The notes under the pieces were generated by a model. It saw only the letters and a program-made list of their open reading frames with translations. It was not told the DNA's origin and made no database searches. Shown here in pieces: positions 17,238-28,600 of a stretch of 64,000 bases of DNA. Origin of the DNA: an uncultured virus (IMG/VR IMGVR_UViG_3300043468_000945) (taxonomy: Duplodnaviria; Heunggongvirae; Uroviricota; Caudoviricetes; Crassvirales); IMG/VR virus record IMGVR_UViG_3300043468_000945; one strand, written 5' to 3'. A program made the position numbers and the translations under genes. Positions within the stretch are counted from its first letter, which is position 1. Every line of letters begins with the position of its first letter.

Positions 17238-17372
17238 ATGAAAAAAGCAAAACCATCTCTCCCCGCGTCTTCTATGTTGAAGGCTCCTATGGCTGCTGCT
17301 CCTGTAGCAAAAAAGGCTGTAGCAAAGAAAGTCGTAAAGGCTGTAATGAAGAAAGCTGCTAAGAAAAAGTAA
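17238..17372 (+). CDS. histone H1-like Lys/Ala-rich protein (44 aa)
   Basis: Own translation MKKAKPSLPASSMLKAPMAAAPVAKKAVAKKVVKAVMKKAAKKK; stop overlaps the next ATG. Confidence 0.65.
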   Translation: MKKAKPSLPASSMLKAPMAAAPVAKKAVAKKVVKAVMKKAAKKK

Positions 17373-17662
17373 TGGCAGACAAATCGAAAATGAAGTGTAA
17401 CCGCGTCGTGGCCTCAGACAGGCCCGGCAAGAAGCGGATGGTGAAAGCCTGTTCAAACGGACAGGAGAAGCTTATCCATTTCGGTGCTGAAGGGTATGGT
17501 CACAACTACTCATCAGCGGCGCGGTCTTCTTTTCGAGCTCGTCACAAATGCGACAGCGCAGGTGACAAACTAAGTGCCCGCTATTGGGCGTGTAAAAATC
17601 TTTGGGCAGGGCCCGGTGGGTCCACAAAGTCTTCTCCCAAAGGGAAGAAAGGAAAGTACTGA
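17372..17662 (+). CDS. small basic protein
   Basis: IHFGAEGY...SFRARHKC...LSARYWACKNLW. Confidence 0.75.
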   Translation: MADKSKMKCNRVVASDRPGKKRMVKACSNGQEKLIHFGAEGYGHNYSSAARSSFRARHKCDSAGDKLSARYWACKNLWAGPGGSTKSSPKGKKGKY

Positions 17663-17997
17663 TGAAGGACGCATGCTACAAAAAAGTCAAAGCATCGTAT
17701 GATGTGTTCCCTTCTGCAAGAGCGTCGCAAGCGATTGCCAAATGCAGGAAGGCTTCAGGTAGCGTGACCAAGTCTGAGAAAGGTGCTAGCCTCAAACGTT
17801 GGGAGAAAGAGAAGTGGGTTGACACCAAAAGTGGTAAGGCCTGTGGTGCCGGTGGTAAGAATGAATACTGCCGACCAACAAATCGTGTGTCTTCAAAGAC
17901 ACCAAAAACCAAAAGCGAGTTATCGCCATCTAAACTTGCTGCGAAGAAAGCAGAAAAGTCTAGAGTTGGAATGGGAAAAAAAGTTTCTAAAGTTTAG
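17662..17997 (+). CDS. small basic protein
   Basis: MKDACYKKVKASYDVFPSARAS...LKRWEKEKWVD...CRP. Confidence 0.75.
   Translation: MKDACYKKVKASYDVFPSARASQAIAKCRKASGSVTKSEKGASLKRWEKEKWVDTKSGKACGAGGKNEYCRPTNRVSSKTPKTKSELSPSKLAAKKAEKSRVGMGKKVSKV
17887..17902. repeat. 16-bp palindrome copy 6 (in CDS, read as VSSKT)
   Basis: Exact match. Confidence 0.9.
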
Positions 17998-18030
17998 TAT
18001 ATTTGTTTCACAATCATAAAATCAAATCAA

Positions 18031-18435
18031 ATGAGTAAAAAAATCACAAAATCGTACGCCGAACTTTTGGATTTAGTTCGCGGACTGAACACAACCCCTG
18101 CCGAAAAAGGCAGCAAGAAAGAAGCCAAGCTCAAAAAGATTGCTGAGAAAATCAAGCCAATCTTTGAAGAGTACAATGAAAAACGCGAAGACATTCGTCT
18201 TGACCACGCATTCGAGGACAAGAGCGGAGTGTTGGAGTTGAACGACAAAGGCGAGTACAAGTTTACGAAAGAAGGTATCAAGGCTATGGCCAAGGATATG
18301 AAAGCGTTGCTTGACGAGACTTTCGAGTTCTACGCATTCACATTCTCAACAGAGGGAATCGACGACTTGAAGTTCCTAGCGGAATGGGTAGAGGGAATCG
18401 AGCCCGAGCAACCTAACGAAGATGAGCAAGTTTAG
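18031..18435 (+). CDS. hypothetical protein
   Basis: ORF after TATATTTG (17998-18005) and an AAATCAAATCAA leader. Confidence 0.75.
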   Translation: MSKKITKSYAELLDLVRGLNTTPAEKGSKKEAKLKKIAEKIKPIFEEYNEKREDIRLDHAFEDKSGVLELNDKGEYKFTKEGIKAMAKDMKALLDETFEFYAFTFSTEGIDDLKFLAEWVEGIEPEQPNEDEQV

Positions 18436-18574
18436 CAAACTTTCTAAAACCATACAAGAGAAGCAAGGCATCAGTTCCAAAAGAGCTGATGCCGTTGCTG
18501 CTTTTATAGGTCGCAATAAGTACGGTAAAAAAAAGTTTCAACAAATGGCTACGGCCGGTAAAAAGAAGAAGTGA
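18422..18574 (+). CDS. small basic protein (50 aa)
   Basis: Own translation MSKFSKLSKTIQEKQGISSKRADAVAAFIGRNKYGKKKFQQMATAGKKKK. Confidence 0.65.
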   Translation: MSKFSKLSKTIQEKQGISSKRADAVAAFIGRNKYGKKKFQQMATAGKKKK

Positions 18575-18747
18575 TGAAGAAAGAAGTAGTATTGGGTATC
18601 GTTCGTCACGTGTTGACTTTCGTTGGTGGTGTTCTCATCACTAAAGGTTTGGTTGACGAGTCTACCGCACAAGAATTGGTTGGGTCTCTCGTTACGACGA
18701 TTGGACTTATTTGGTCAGTAATCCAAAAACAAAACAATGAAAAGTAA
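18574..18747 (+). CDS. putative holin (57 aa, two TM segments)
   Basis: Own translation MKKEVVLGIVRHVLTFVGGVLITKG...VGSLVTTIGLIWSV. Confidence 0.6.
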   Translation: MKKEVVLGIVRHVLTFVGGVLITKGLVDESTAQELVGSLVTTIGLIWSVIQKQNNEK

Positions 18748-18904
18748 AGGTCTAGGCGATACTATTGAGAAGCTCACTACTGCAACCGGAATCAAGAAGG
18801 TTGTAGAGAAAGTTAGTCAAGCTACAGGAAAAGAATGTGGCTGTGCTAAGCGTCGTGAGAAACTCAATCAAGTGTTTCCTTATAACAACAATAAAAAACC
18901 ATAA
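18737..18904 (+). CDS. small conserved-looking phage protein (55 aa)
   Basis: Own translation MKSKGLGDTIEKLTTATGIKKVV...CGCAKRREKLN. Confidence 0.7.
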   Translation: MKSKGLGDTIEKLTTATGIKKVVEKVSQATGKECGCAKRREKLNQVFPYNNNKKP

Positions 18905-18906
18905 AC

Positions 18907-19164
18907 ATGGCATATCAAAAATTACAACCGGCACGCGCTACAGCTGTCACTCCTAGTGACACAGTAGACATTCCAAACCCCGGCAATGGACAGGTAGAAG
19001 GTTGCGTTCTGTACGTTGGTACAGGTGGGCTCCTTCGTGTTCTTACCGCAGGAGGAGACGATATTACCTTCAATAACGTTCCTAACGGGACGTTTATTCC
19101 CGTACAGGTAATTCGTGTATTTGATTCGACAACAACAGCAGAACATATTGTAGCACTATGGTAA
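18907..19164 (+). CDS. putative head spike-base/decoration protein (RcGTA Rcc01079-like)
   Basis: AVTPSD...LYVGTGG.LRV...FNNVPNGTFIPVQVIRV..TTTA..IVALW. Confidence 0.6.
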   Translation: MAYQKLQPARATAVTPSDTVDIPNPGNGQVEGCVLYVGTGGLLRVLTAGGDDITFNNVPNGTFIPVQVIRVFDSTTTAEHIVALW

Positions 19165-19183
19165 TTGCCATCACTATACAAGT

Positions 19184-19471
19184 ATGATGAACCACCAAGA
19201 AAACAACAGACTTGATTATATGGCAGTGGAATTGGATGCCCTAAAAGCCGATGTGGCTGAGGTAAAGGCTATGGTAAAAGATATGCACAATTTGCTTGCG
19301 GGGAATCCCATTGACAAAGACTCAAGCGGTTTGATTGGTGATTTCAAGCAAGTAAAGCGTGAGGTATACGCGCTCAAAAGCGACATCAAGAAATACAAAG
19401 CGTATTTCTACGCCCTTGTCACTTTAGTGGGCATGGGGATTTTGAAAACAATAATTGATTTGTTAAAATAA
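19184..19471 (+). CDS. coiled-coil protein with C-terminal TM segment
   Basis: Heptad pattern and hydrophobic C-terminus, near lysis genes. Confidence 0.65.
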   Translation: MMNHQENNRLDYMAVELDALKADVAEVKAMVKDMHNLLAGNPIDKDSSGLIGDFKQVKREVYALKSDIKKYKAYFYALVTLVGMGILKTIIDLLK

Positions 19472-19596
19472 TGGCAAAGGGAAAAGCAACCGGCAGCGCA
19501 AAAGTTGTGCTCAATACTAAGAAGAAGGGTAAAGCAAAGAAATCCTTTAGTAAGCACGAGCAGAAACCTAAGCCATATAGAGGACAAGGACGATGA
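19471..19596 (+). CDS. small basic protein (41 aa)
   Basis: Own translation MAKGKATGSAKVVLNTKKKGKAKKSFSKHEQKPKPYRGQGR. Confidence 0.6.
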   Translation: MAKGKATGSAKVVLNTKKKGKAKKSFSKHEQKPKPYRGQGR

Positions 19597-20102
19597 AAAA
19601 AGACGCAGTAACACTAGAACGAATTAAGAAGTTGCATCCTAAGGTGGTTAAGGAAGCCGAGACTATCTATGATGAAATTTGCACAGCCCTTCAAGGAAAG
19701 GCCATGTGTCGTTTCTCGTACACACTGCGTACGTTCAAAGAGCAAGCTGACCTTTTTGCAAAGGGTCGCACCGCTCCGGGACCTAGAGTAACTCAGGCAG
19801 GCCCCGGCCTATCTATGCACAACTATGGATTAGCCATAGACATTGTTCTTATCGTTGATAAGGATGGAAACGGAACTTACGAATCAGCATCATGGGATGT
19901 GAAAGCTGATTTTGATGGGGACCGCAAGTCTGATTGGATGGAGGTAGTTACCATATTCAAGCAGCACGGTTGGACTTGGGGAGGAGATTGGAAGTTTTAC
20001 GACGCTCCTCACTTTGAAAAATCGTTCGGATATTCAGTAAGGCAACTTCTCGACTTGCATAACAAGAAGAAGGTTGACGCAAACAATTACGTGTTAATCT
20101 AA
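19593..20102 (+). CDS. endolysin, M15-family L-Ala-D-Glu peptidase
   Basis: RTFKEQADLFAKGRT, SMHNYGLAID, WGGDW, DAPHFE. Confidence 0.92.
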   Translation: MKKDAVTLERIKKLHPKVVKEAETIYDEICTALQGKAMCRFSYTLRTFKEQADLFAKGRTAPGPRVTQAGPGLSMHNYGLAIDIVLIVDKDGNGTYESASWDVKADFDGDRKSDWMEVVTIFKQHGWTWGGDWKFYDAPHFEKSFGYSVRQLLDLHNKKKVDANNYVLI

Positions 20103-20106
20103 TGAG

Positions 20107-20568
20107 ATGCCTGAAGAAAAAAAGAAATTTAGAGATACCAAAGTTGGTAAGTTCTTAAAGGACAAGGCTCCGTCTATACTAGACAAAGTGGGAGACTTGT
20201 TGCCTGACGCAGGTGTGTTGGGGATAGTTAAAAATTTAATTGACAATGACGCCAAACTAAGCCCGGCAGATAAGGCTTTGGCTCAGCAGCATCTGAAAGA
20301 GATGTATGAGCTTGAGGTTCGCGACCGCGAGTCTGCTAGAATTAGGGAGGTTGAAATTGCGAAAACAGGCAAGTTCGACTTGCTATTTACACTCACGGGT
20401 TTAATTGGCTTGGGGGTTTTTGTTTTTATCGTATACGCCATTGTCTATCTACAGATACCGGAAGAAAACAAAGAGCTTTTTATACATTTGATAGGTATTG
20501 CTGAGGGAGTTGTTCTTTCTATTTTCGGATATTATTTTGGTAGTGCAGTGAAGAAAAATATTCAGTAA
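20107..20568 (+). CDS. holin-like membrane protein
   Basis: DRESARIRE motif, two TM helices, YYFGS end; follows the endolysin. Confidence 0.6.
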   Translation: MPEEKKKFRDTKVGKFLKDKAPSILDKVGDLLPDAGVLGIVKNLIDNDAKLSPADKALAQQHLKEMYELEVRDRESARIREVEIAKTGKFDLLFTLTGLIGLGVFVFIVYAIVYLQIPEENKELFIHLIGIAEGVVLSIFGYYFGSAVKKNIQ

Positions 20569-23500
20569 TGCCAAGAATAAGTTCATATCCCATACTATCT
20601 ACTCCTACAATAAATGACTTATTGATAGGTACCGATGTAGAGAATTTTAATGATACCAAAAACTTTTCGATTGGTGACATTGGAGACCTCTTCTTCAACT
20701 ACTATGTTCCCTATGTAGGGGCCAACGGAAACGTTGATTTAGGAATTTACGGGATAACGGGTGGTTATTTCGCGGTTCAAGGAGGTACTGAGTTTCAGTT
20801 TTTAAAGGCTGACGGTACCCTAGACCCTACTTTATATACTCCTGAGACGCGTACGCTCACCATCAATGGTGTTACGTACAACCTCAGCGAGGATAGAACG
20901 TGGACAATCCCATTGATTGACACGCTAACCACCATCGGTACGGGTGGCCCGGCTACTCTAGAGGGAAGTGTTATAAACATTCCCGTGTATCAGGAGCAGG
21001 GCGACTACATTACCGCCCTTACAGGTGAAGCTTCGGCTTCAGGACCGGGCTCAGCAAGTGTAACCCTGCTAAATTCTGCTGTCATTGCCAAGGTTTTGAC
21101 GGGACTGAACATCACAGGTGGGTCAGTTGTAGCAACTGACAGCATTTTGACTGCGTTTGGCAAGGTTCAAAATCAAATAAACGGCCTTATTGGTGGTGTT
21201 CAGTACAAGGGGACGTGGAACGCAGAGACCAATACGCCTACTTTGACTAGCTCAGTAGGTGAACAGGGTAATTACTACATAGTAAGCGTAGCCGGTAACA
21301 CAAACTTGAACGGTATTACGTCATGGAACGTTGGTGATTGGGCCATTTTTGATGGTGAATCATGGAGCAAGGTTGATAACACGGACGCTGTTGTAAGTGT
21401 AAACGGGTATACCGGAGCTGTAGAGCTGACGTATGCTGACGTTGACGCGGTACCTACGTTCAGGACCATCGAAATTAACGGTACTTCTTATGATTTAACC
21501 GCAAACCGGTCATGGACTGTAGGTAACGTACGTACTGATGCGTTTTATAACAACCCTACGTGGATTACGGGGCTAGCTTGGTCCAAGATTTTAAGCACTC
21601 CTACCACCTTAGCGGGTTATGGCATCACTGATGCGGTTGAAGACACTACTACGCTGACCATAAACGGGACGTCATACGACCTCTCTGCGAACAGAACGTG
21701 GAACGTTGGTACAATTACATCAATTAGCACAATTGCGCCGCTTACAGGCGGCACTATTACCTCAACAGGGACCATAGGCATCACCCAAGCGGGGAGTGTC
21801 ATGGACGGATACCTAAGCAGTACCGATTGGAACACCTTTAATGCGAAGCAAAACTTTATGACGGCCAATGCGCCACTGTCAATCTTGGCAGATGTCATTA
21901 GTATCTCGCAATCAGGGGCTTCTTCCAACGGTTACCTCAGCTCGACTGATTGGAACACGTTCAATAATAAGCAAAATGCTTTAGTGAATCCCGTTACCGG
22001 TACAGGTACGGTGTATTATATCCCTATGTGGACAGGTGTTACTGCACTTAGCAATAGTATCATCTCATACGCTGCAGGCTTGATGAACTTCGGGTTCAAC
22101 AACGCAGAGGGAGCGTCTGTTGTGTTCACGAATACCGCAACTACTGAGTATACGTATTCAATTTCTATGAATAACGTGACTCGTACTACGTTCCATACGT
22201 ACACTGACGGGAATATCGCTAATTTCATTGGTGCTACGCAGACAATGCGTGTATTCAGCAACGGGAATACCATTATTGGGACAGGCGTTGTCAACAATGG
22301 GTACAAACTTGAGGTAGGTGGGAACACCAACATCATCGGAGACCTTACTTCTAGCAATTCTCCTGAGTGGGATGCAGCTTACGACGCAAAAATCAACAGC
22401 GCTGCTGTAACCGGAACGACCACAAAGACGCTTACCATGTACCGTCAAGACGGTGGCACCGTAACCGCGTCATGGTCTGACTATGACACGGCTCCTGTTA
22501 CTTCTGTGTTCGGTAGATTGGGAGCTGTAGTTGCTGAAGCAGGTGATTATAGCACTACTCTTGTAACAGAGGGAACAAATCTTTACTACTTAGACTCAAG
22601 AGCAAGAGCTGCTATCAGTTCTTCAGCTACAGGTCTTACTTATACTACGCTTACAGGGGTTCTTAGTTTGACTGCGGGGTATTCAATCCCGACAAACGCA
22701 AGTCAGTTAACTTGGGACTCTGCGTACAACAACATGATTGTGTCTGCCGCAGTTACGGGGACAACAACAAAGACATTAACGCTTAATCAGCAGGATGGTG
22801 GAACTATTACTGCTACATGGAGTGATTATGATACAGCTCCTGTTACTAGCGTATTTGGTCGCACCGGAGACATCATTGCTCAGTCGGGAGATTACTCTAC
22901 TACCTTAGTAACTGAAGGGACTAATCTATATTTTACTGAGTCGCGAGCACGCGCTTCGATTAGCTCATCGGCTACGGGTCTTACATACACCACATCTACG
23001 GGTGTTCTTAGCTTGACATCAGGCTATGCCATTCCGACTACAGCATCTCAAGTAACTTGGGACAACGCCTACGACAACATGATTGTGTCGGCTGCTGTAA
23101 CAGGTACCACAACCAAAACTCTTACGCTTAACCAACAGGATGGTGGTAGCATTACTGCATCTTGGAGCGATTACGATACGGCTCCTGTAACTAGTGTCTT
23201 TGGTAGACTAGGAGCAATTGTTGCTGAGGCAGGAGACTACTCAACAACTCTTGTTACTGAAGGAACCAACTTATACTACACCAATGCTAGGGCTCGTCAG
23301 GCTATTAGCTTGACAACTACAGGCACTAGTGGTGTTGCTACGTATGACAACGGAACAGGAGTATTGAACATCCCTAATTATGGGTCTGTGCTTGTGGGGT
23401 ATGTCCCATACACCGGGGCTACGCAAAGTGTAAACCTTGGCGAGTGGGGATTGTCTTCAGGGTTTTTAAAACTTGACACGACACCTATTGGTACCCCTAC

Positions 23501-25646
23501 CACAGCGGGGACAATGTATTGGGACGCGTCTCATTCAACTGTTGCTCTCATAATGGGAGCTGTAACACAGCACGTCGGTCAAGACACATACTACTACGTA
23601 AAAAACTCGTCAGGTTCTGCCATCCCAAAAGGTACTGCGGTTCGTTTCGCCGGTACTGATGGAGCAAGTGGGCATCTTCTTATTGCTCCATTCCTTGCTG
23701 ATGGGACATACCCATCTAATTACTTCATGGGGGTTACGGCTGAGGATATTGCAAATGGTAGCTTTGGTCAGGTTACTCACTTTGGGGAAATCGAAGGCAT
23801 TAATACTAGTGCATACGGAGCGGGCTCATTATTGTATGCGTCCACAACCGTGCCCGGTGGATTCCAAACTACAGTACCATCAGCACCAAACAATATTGTT
23901 CTCGTTGCCTCAGCGCTAAACTCAAAGAATAACGGAATAATACTCGTTCGTCCGACCTATGGGTCAAACATTAACGATGATGAGGGGGTTCTTATCACTG
24001 CTCCTATAAATAACCAAGGACTATTCTTTGATAGTGGCTCGGGTATTTGGGTAAATAAAACAATTGCTCAGGCATTGGGCTATACGCCTGTGCCTACTAC
24101 GCGTACGCTTACCATCAATGGTACATCGTACGACTTGAGTGCAAATAGAACGTGGTCTGTCGGTACTGTTACAAGCGTTGACTTGACGGTTCCTACCGGA
24201 TTCTCTGTATCAGGAAATCCAATTACAACTGCGGGAACGTTTGCTTTAACTTTTGCTTCAGGCTATAGCCTTCCTACGAATGCAGCTCAAGCAAATTGGG
24301 ACACAGCGTACACAAACAGAATTACTTCACTTACGACTACAGGGACTAGCGGTGCAGCTACGTTGATAAGCAACGTGCTTAATATACCTCAGTACCAAGC
24401 ACAAGGGAACTATATAACATCACTCACAGGAGAAGCCACAGCGAGTGGGCCGGGCGCAGCAAGTGTCACGCTCAGCAACTCTGCTGTTACAGGCAAAGTC
24501 CTCACAGGCCTTACAGTTACAGGGGCTGTAATATCATCTACTGATAGCATTCTTACAGCCTTTGGTAAACTACAAGGACAGGTGAATGGCTTGATGGGTG
24601 GATTACAGTACCAAGGAACTTGGAACGCTGCTACAAACACACCAACTATCACATCAGGTGTTGGGGTTGACGGTCACTTTTACATTGTAAGTGTAGCCGG
24701 AACCACAACTATTGATGGAATTACTGATTGGCAAGTAGGGGATTGGATTGTGTTCCATGATACTGCATGGCAGAAGGTGGACAACACTGACTCTGTTACT
24801 TCTGTAAACGGATTCACAGGAGCTGTTACTCTTACTACGAGCAACATCTCTGAGGGAACTAATTTATATTTCACTACTTCGCGTGCTCGTCAATCAATAA
24901 GCTTGACTACGTCAGGGAATAGCGGTGCTTCAACTTACGACAACGGGACCGGCGTTCTCAACGTGCCTCAGTATACTATTTCGGGTATTGGTGGCGTACC
25001 GACTACTCGTTCTCTTACCATCAATGGTACTGCGTATGACTTGTCAGCTGATAGGTCTTGGAGCGTAGGAACAGTTACCTCAATTACTGCAGGCACAGGG
25101 CTTACAGGTGGTACAATTACTTCAACAGGAACGATTGCATTTGACACCACGTTTGGTGACGGTCGTTACTTGCGTTTGACCGGTGGCACAATGACCGGAG
25201 ACATCACATTTATTGATGATGCAGAGGGGCTTGTTTGGTCAAGAAATACTGATGGAGGGTACATTAAATTTTTCAATGCAGGAGACGGTGATACTAACTC
25301 ACGACTTGAGTTCAATACCTCTGACAACAATAATGAATACTTCCGTTGGACTCACACTCCTTCGGGTGGTAGCTTGTACGAGTTGATGCGATTGGTTGGC
25401 AACAGTGCAGATAATTCTATTCTATCAGTTAGTGGAGGCATTGGAATTAATGTACTAAATTTGAATCAATCAGCACTGTTCCAAATGGACAGTACTACAA
25501 AGGGATTTTTACCTCCTCGTATGACGTTGGCGCAAAGATTAGCTATCGTATTACCTGCTGAAGGGTTGATAGTTTATCAGACGAATGGTGTGGTGGGTTT
25601 GTATATTTACGCAAGCGGCACGTGGAGAACTCTTGGAATGATATAA
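20568..25646 (+). CDS. giant tail fibre-like structural protein with internal repeats (1692 aa)
   Basis: Thr/Gly-rich; repeated TRTLTINGTSYDLSANR.W, VTSVFGR, EGTNLY and YxGTWNA modules. Confidence 0.8.
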   Translation: MPRISSYPILSTPTINDLLIGTDVENFNDTKNFSIGDIGDLFFNYYVPYVGANGNVDLGIYGITGGYFAVQGGTEFQFLKADGTLDPTLYTPETRTLTINGVTYNLSEDRTWTIPLIDTLTTIGTGGPATLEGSVINIPVYQEQGDYITALTGEASASGPGSASVTLLNSAVIAKVLTGLNITGGSVVATDSILTAFGKVQNQINGLIGGVQYKGTWNAETNTPTLTSSVGEQGNYYIVSVAGNTNLNGITSWNVGDWAIFDGESWSKVDNTDAVVSVNGYTGAVELTYADVDAVPTFRTIEINGTSYDLTANRSWTVGNVRTDAFYNNPTWITGLAWSKILSTPTTLAGYGITDAVEDTTTLTINGTSYDLSANRTWNVGTITSISTIAPLTGGTITSTGTIGITQAGSVMDGYLSSTDWNTFNAKQNFMTANAPLSILADVISISQSGASSNGYLSSTDWNTFNNKQNALVNPVTGTGTVYYIPMWTGVTALSNSIISYAAGLMNFGFNNAEGASVVFTNTATTEYTYSISMNNVTRTTFHTYTDGNIANFIGATQTMRVFSNGNTIIGTGVVNNGYKLEVGGNTNIIGDLTSSNSPEWDAAYDAKINSAAVTGTTTKTLTMYRQDGGTVTASWSDYDTAPVTSVFGRLGAVVAEAGDYSTTLVTEGTNLYYLDSRARAAISSSATGLTYTTLTGVLSLTAGYSIPTNASQLTWDSAYNNMIVSAAVTGTTTKTLTLNQQDGGTITATWSDYDTAPVTSVFGRTGDIIAQSGDYSTTLVTEGTNLYFTESRARASISSSATGLTYTTSTGVLSLTSGYAIPTTASQVTWDNAYDNMIVSAAVTGTTTKTLTLNQQDGGSITASWSDYDTAPVTSVFGRLGAIVAEAGDYSTTLVTEGTNLYYTNARARQAISLTTTGTSGVATYDNGTGVLNIPNYGSVLVGYVPYTGATQSVNLGEWGLSSGFLKLDTTPIGTPTTAGTMYWDASHSTVALIMGAVTQHVGQDTYYYVKNSSGSAIPKGTAVRFAGTDGASGHLLIAPFLADGTYPSNYFMGVTAEDIANGSFGQVTHFGEIEGINTSAYGAGSLLYASTTVPGGFQTTVPSAPNNIVLVASALNSKNNGIILVRPTYGSNINDDEGVLITAPINNQGLFFDSGSGIWVNKTIAQALGYTPVPTTRTLTINGTSYDLSANRTWSVGTVTSVDLTVPTGFSVSGNPITTAGTFALTFASGYSLPTNAAQANWDTAYTNRITSLTTTGTSGAATLISNVLNIPQYQAQGNYITSLTGEATASGPGAASVTLSNSAVTGKVLTGLTVTGAVISSTDSILTAFGKLQGQVNGLMGGLQYQGTWNAATNTPTITSGVGVDGHFYIVSVAGTTTIDGITDWQVGDWIVFHDTAWQKVDNTDSVTSVNGFTGAVTLTTSNISEGTNLYFTTSRARQSISLTTSGNSGASTYDNGTGVLNVPQYTISGIGGVPTTRSLTINGTAYDLSADRSWSVGTVTSITAGTGLTGGTITSTGTIAFDTTFGDGRYLRLTGGTMTGDITFIDDAEGLVWSRNTDGGYIKFFNAGDGDTNSRLEFNTSDNNNEYFRWTHTPSGGSLYELMRLVGNSADNSILSVSGGIGINVLNLNQSALFQMDSTTKGFLPPRMTLAQRLAIVLPAEGLIVYQTNGVVGLYIYASGTWRTLGMI

Positions 25647-25661
25647 AAAGAAAAATAAGAC

Positions 25662-28600
25662 ATGGCAAATTTAGCTACGATAAGCAATAACATATTAGCA
25701 GACAGCGGGATAGACCCGATTGATTTGATTGTTGGAACAGGTACTGTCAATTATGTACCCAAGTTTACCGCTGAAGGCACGATAGCTAATTCGCAGATAT
25801 TTGACAATGGAACAACTGTAGCAATTGGGACCACAGCTACTAATGGCTCTAGGCTTCAAGTTCAAGGTAATACTGACATTTGGCACAGTTTAAATACTTT
25901 GCTTAGATTGTATCATGACGGTACAAGAGCCGTTCTGCAATCTTACACAGGAGGAGCATATTCTAATATTTCATTAAATGCTGAGGGGGGCAACGTCGGA
26001 ATTGGAACTTTTTCTCCTACTCAAAAGCTTGAGGTAGCAGGAAATCTCAGAGTAACAGGAGTTGTCTATACAGATGTTGTAGCTACAAATAGCGGAATAT
26101 CAATTGATTTTCGTGACCAAGCTGCTGCAAGTATTATGTACTTGGATGCCCCTAATAAACGTGTAGGAATTGGAACTACTGCGCCTTCATCGTCTTTAGA
26201 AGTAATAGGTTCAATTAGGAATAAAAACGCTAGTTCAAACGCTAATTATAGTCAGCTATCTACTACTGAAGCAATACTAAACATATCTACTTATTCTATT
26301 AATACAGGCGGGTATCCTGCTCATATTATTTTTTCTCCTGCATCTGCTGAGCGCATGCGCATTACTGATGCAGGTAATGTAGGGATAGGCACAAGTAATC
26401 CATTTGCTAAGCTTCAAGTAAATAATGGGGATATAGCGGCATACAATAATATATCCACTAATGGAGCTCAATTATATCTTGGAGACACAAACTTTTCTAA
26501 TTCATCATATTTTAATTCTGCCCCCGGTATTGGAGCTGTATATAGTCCTGACAGTAATGTTGCAGGGGATTTAGCATTTTATGTTTATACAGGCGTAGCT
26601 TCAAGTAGAACTGAGAGAATGAGAATATTGACCTTAGGGCAAATTCGTCTCAATTCTTACGGCTCAGGTTCATTTATAGGTACGCCAACTTACAACCTTG
26701 CTGTTGACGCAAATGGTAACGTCATTGAGACAGCAGGTGGAGTTGTAGACGGAAGCGGAACAGCGAACTATGTAACCAAGTGGATTGATGCCAACACTGT
26801 TGGCAATAGTCAGATATTTGACAATGGTACCAACGTAGGTATCGGTACTGTAAGCCCTTCTTATAAGCTTGACGTTCTTGGTTCATTTAGTTTTACAACA
26901 GGGGGGAACTACTTGCAATACAGTAGTGGTATTCTTTATCATGGAAACTACTATCAATTCCCAAGTGGTAACAACTACTTATTATTTGCAAGAGCAAGTG
27001 GTGATTTAATATTTGGCGCAAACGATGTTGAAAGAATGCGTATCACAAGCGCAGGCAACGTGGGGGTTAATACTTCAGCTCCTGATAGGAATCTAACTAT
27101 TGTTGGGACTACTCGCCATGAGCGTGTTTATGGATATGGTAACTATTCTTTTAACTTTTCAAATGTAGGAATAGGCGAAACTTTTACTTGGTTTAAACTA
27201 GGTAATGCTACTCCGTTCAGTCAAACAAAATTGTACTACAGAGCGGGGACAAGTACTTCGGAGGAAGAAGGAGAAATTAAAATATCAAATACTTGTGCAG
27301 CTCCTTTTATTGAGTGGACTAGAAATACATACAACTACCACATAAGAGAAGTTAGGGGAGTAATGACAGGGAGCTGTGGATTTTGCGAGATATGGGTATT
27401 AGTTAGACACGGCAATTACAATCTTGGCGCAAACACTAACTTCCAATGGCAAATACACAATGGTACTGACTCAAGTTTTGTAGTAGCGAATGCTACAGGC
27501 ACCCCCGGTACAGGCACTAGCCAAAAGTCTATTAATTCTACTGACCTATATTTTTATGCCAACTCAGACAACATGTCTGTTGCGGGCTTCGTAGGTATTG
27601 GCACTACAAATCCTACTGTAAAACTTCAAGTTGAAAACAATTCTCATAACTACATACAAGTAAACAGTAGTGTTGCGAATGTTCAAACAGCAATAAACGT
27701 AACAAACTCTGCTTCAACTAGCAGAGCGTCATTATCTTGGGAAGATGGTACTAGAGGAGCTTATGCTGACTTGTACTCATCTACTTACTTGACATTAACT
27801 ACGCAGTCTTCTGAGAAGATGCGCATCACTGCCGCAGGCAATGTCGGCATTGGGACTTCTACTCCGAGTTATAAACTTGAGGTAAATGGTAATGTGTACG
27901 GTTCTACTACTGCTCAGTTTGGGACAGGGTACATTGATGGTACACAGTCAGGATGGGCAATATTTGGTAGTAACTCTTCATCAAATGGAATTAAAATTGT
28001 TCTTGACGGAAGTATATTAAGGAATGATATTGTTATCGCGACAAGTGGGCTTATTGGAATCGGCACAGGTGCGCCTACTGAAAGACTTCACGTATCAGGC
28101 AACCTTCGTGTAACAGGGGCATACTACGACTCAAACAACTCAGCAGGTACATCAGGTCAAGTGTTGTCATCAACAGCAACAGGGACTGATTGGGTAAGCC
28201 TTTCTGAGATTACAGGCGTTGACGGTACAGGTACAACGAACTACGTGCCTAAGTGGCTTGATGCTAATACCATTACTGATAGTTTGCTGTATGACAATGG
28301 TACAACTGTATCAATAGGTCTTGGAGCAACTACTCCGAGTTATACTAGCGCCTATGGGTACCCTCAGTTTGCTATCGAAAGCAATGCTTTTGCAAGCTCT
28401 CACGTGTTTACTCACAATAGCACTAATGGAAACTATTCATTCTTTGCATTAGGAAAGAGTAAAGGAACAGCTGCAGCTCCAACAATCGTTGAGAATAGCG
28501 AAACAATTGGAGATTTTCAGTTTTGGGCTTATGATGGCGCAGCATATAGAAACACCGCCTTTATTAGAAATCAAATTGATGGTACTCCCGGGGCAGGGGA

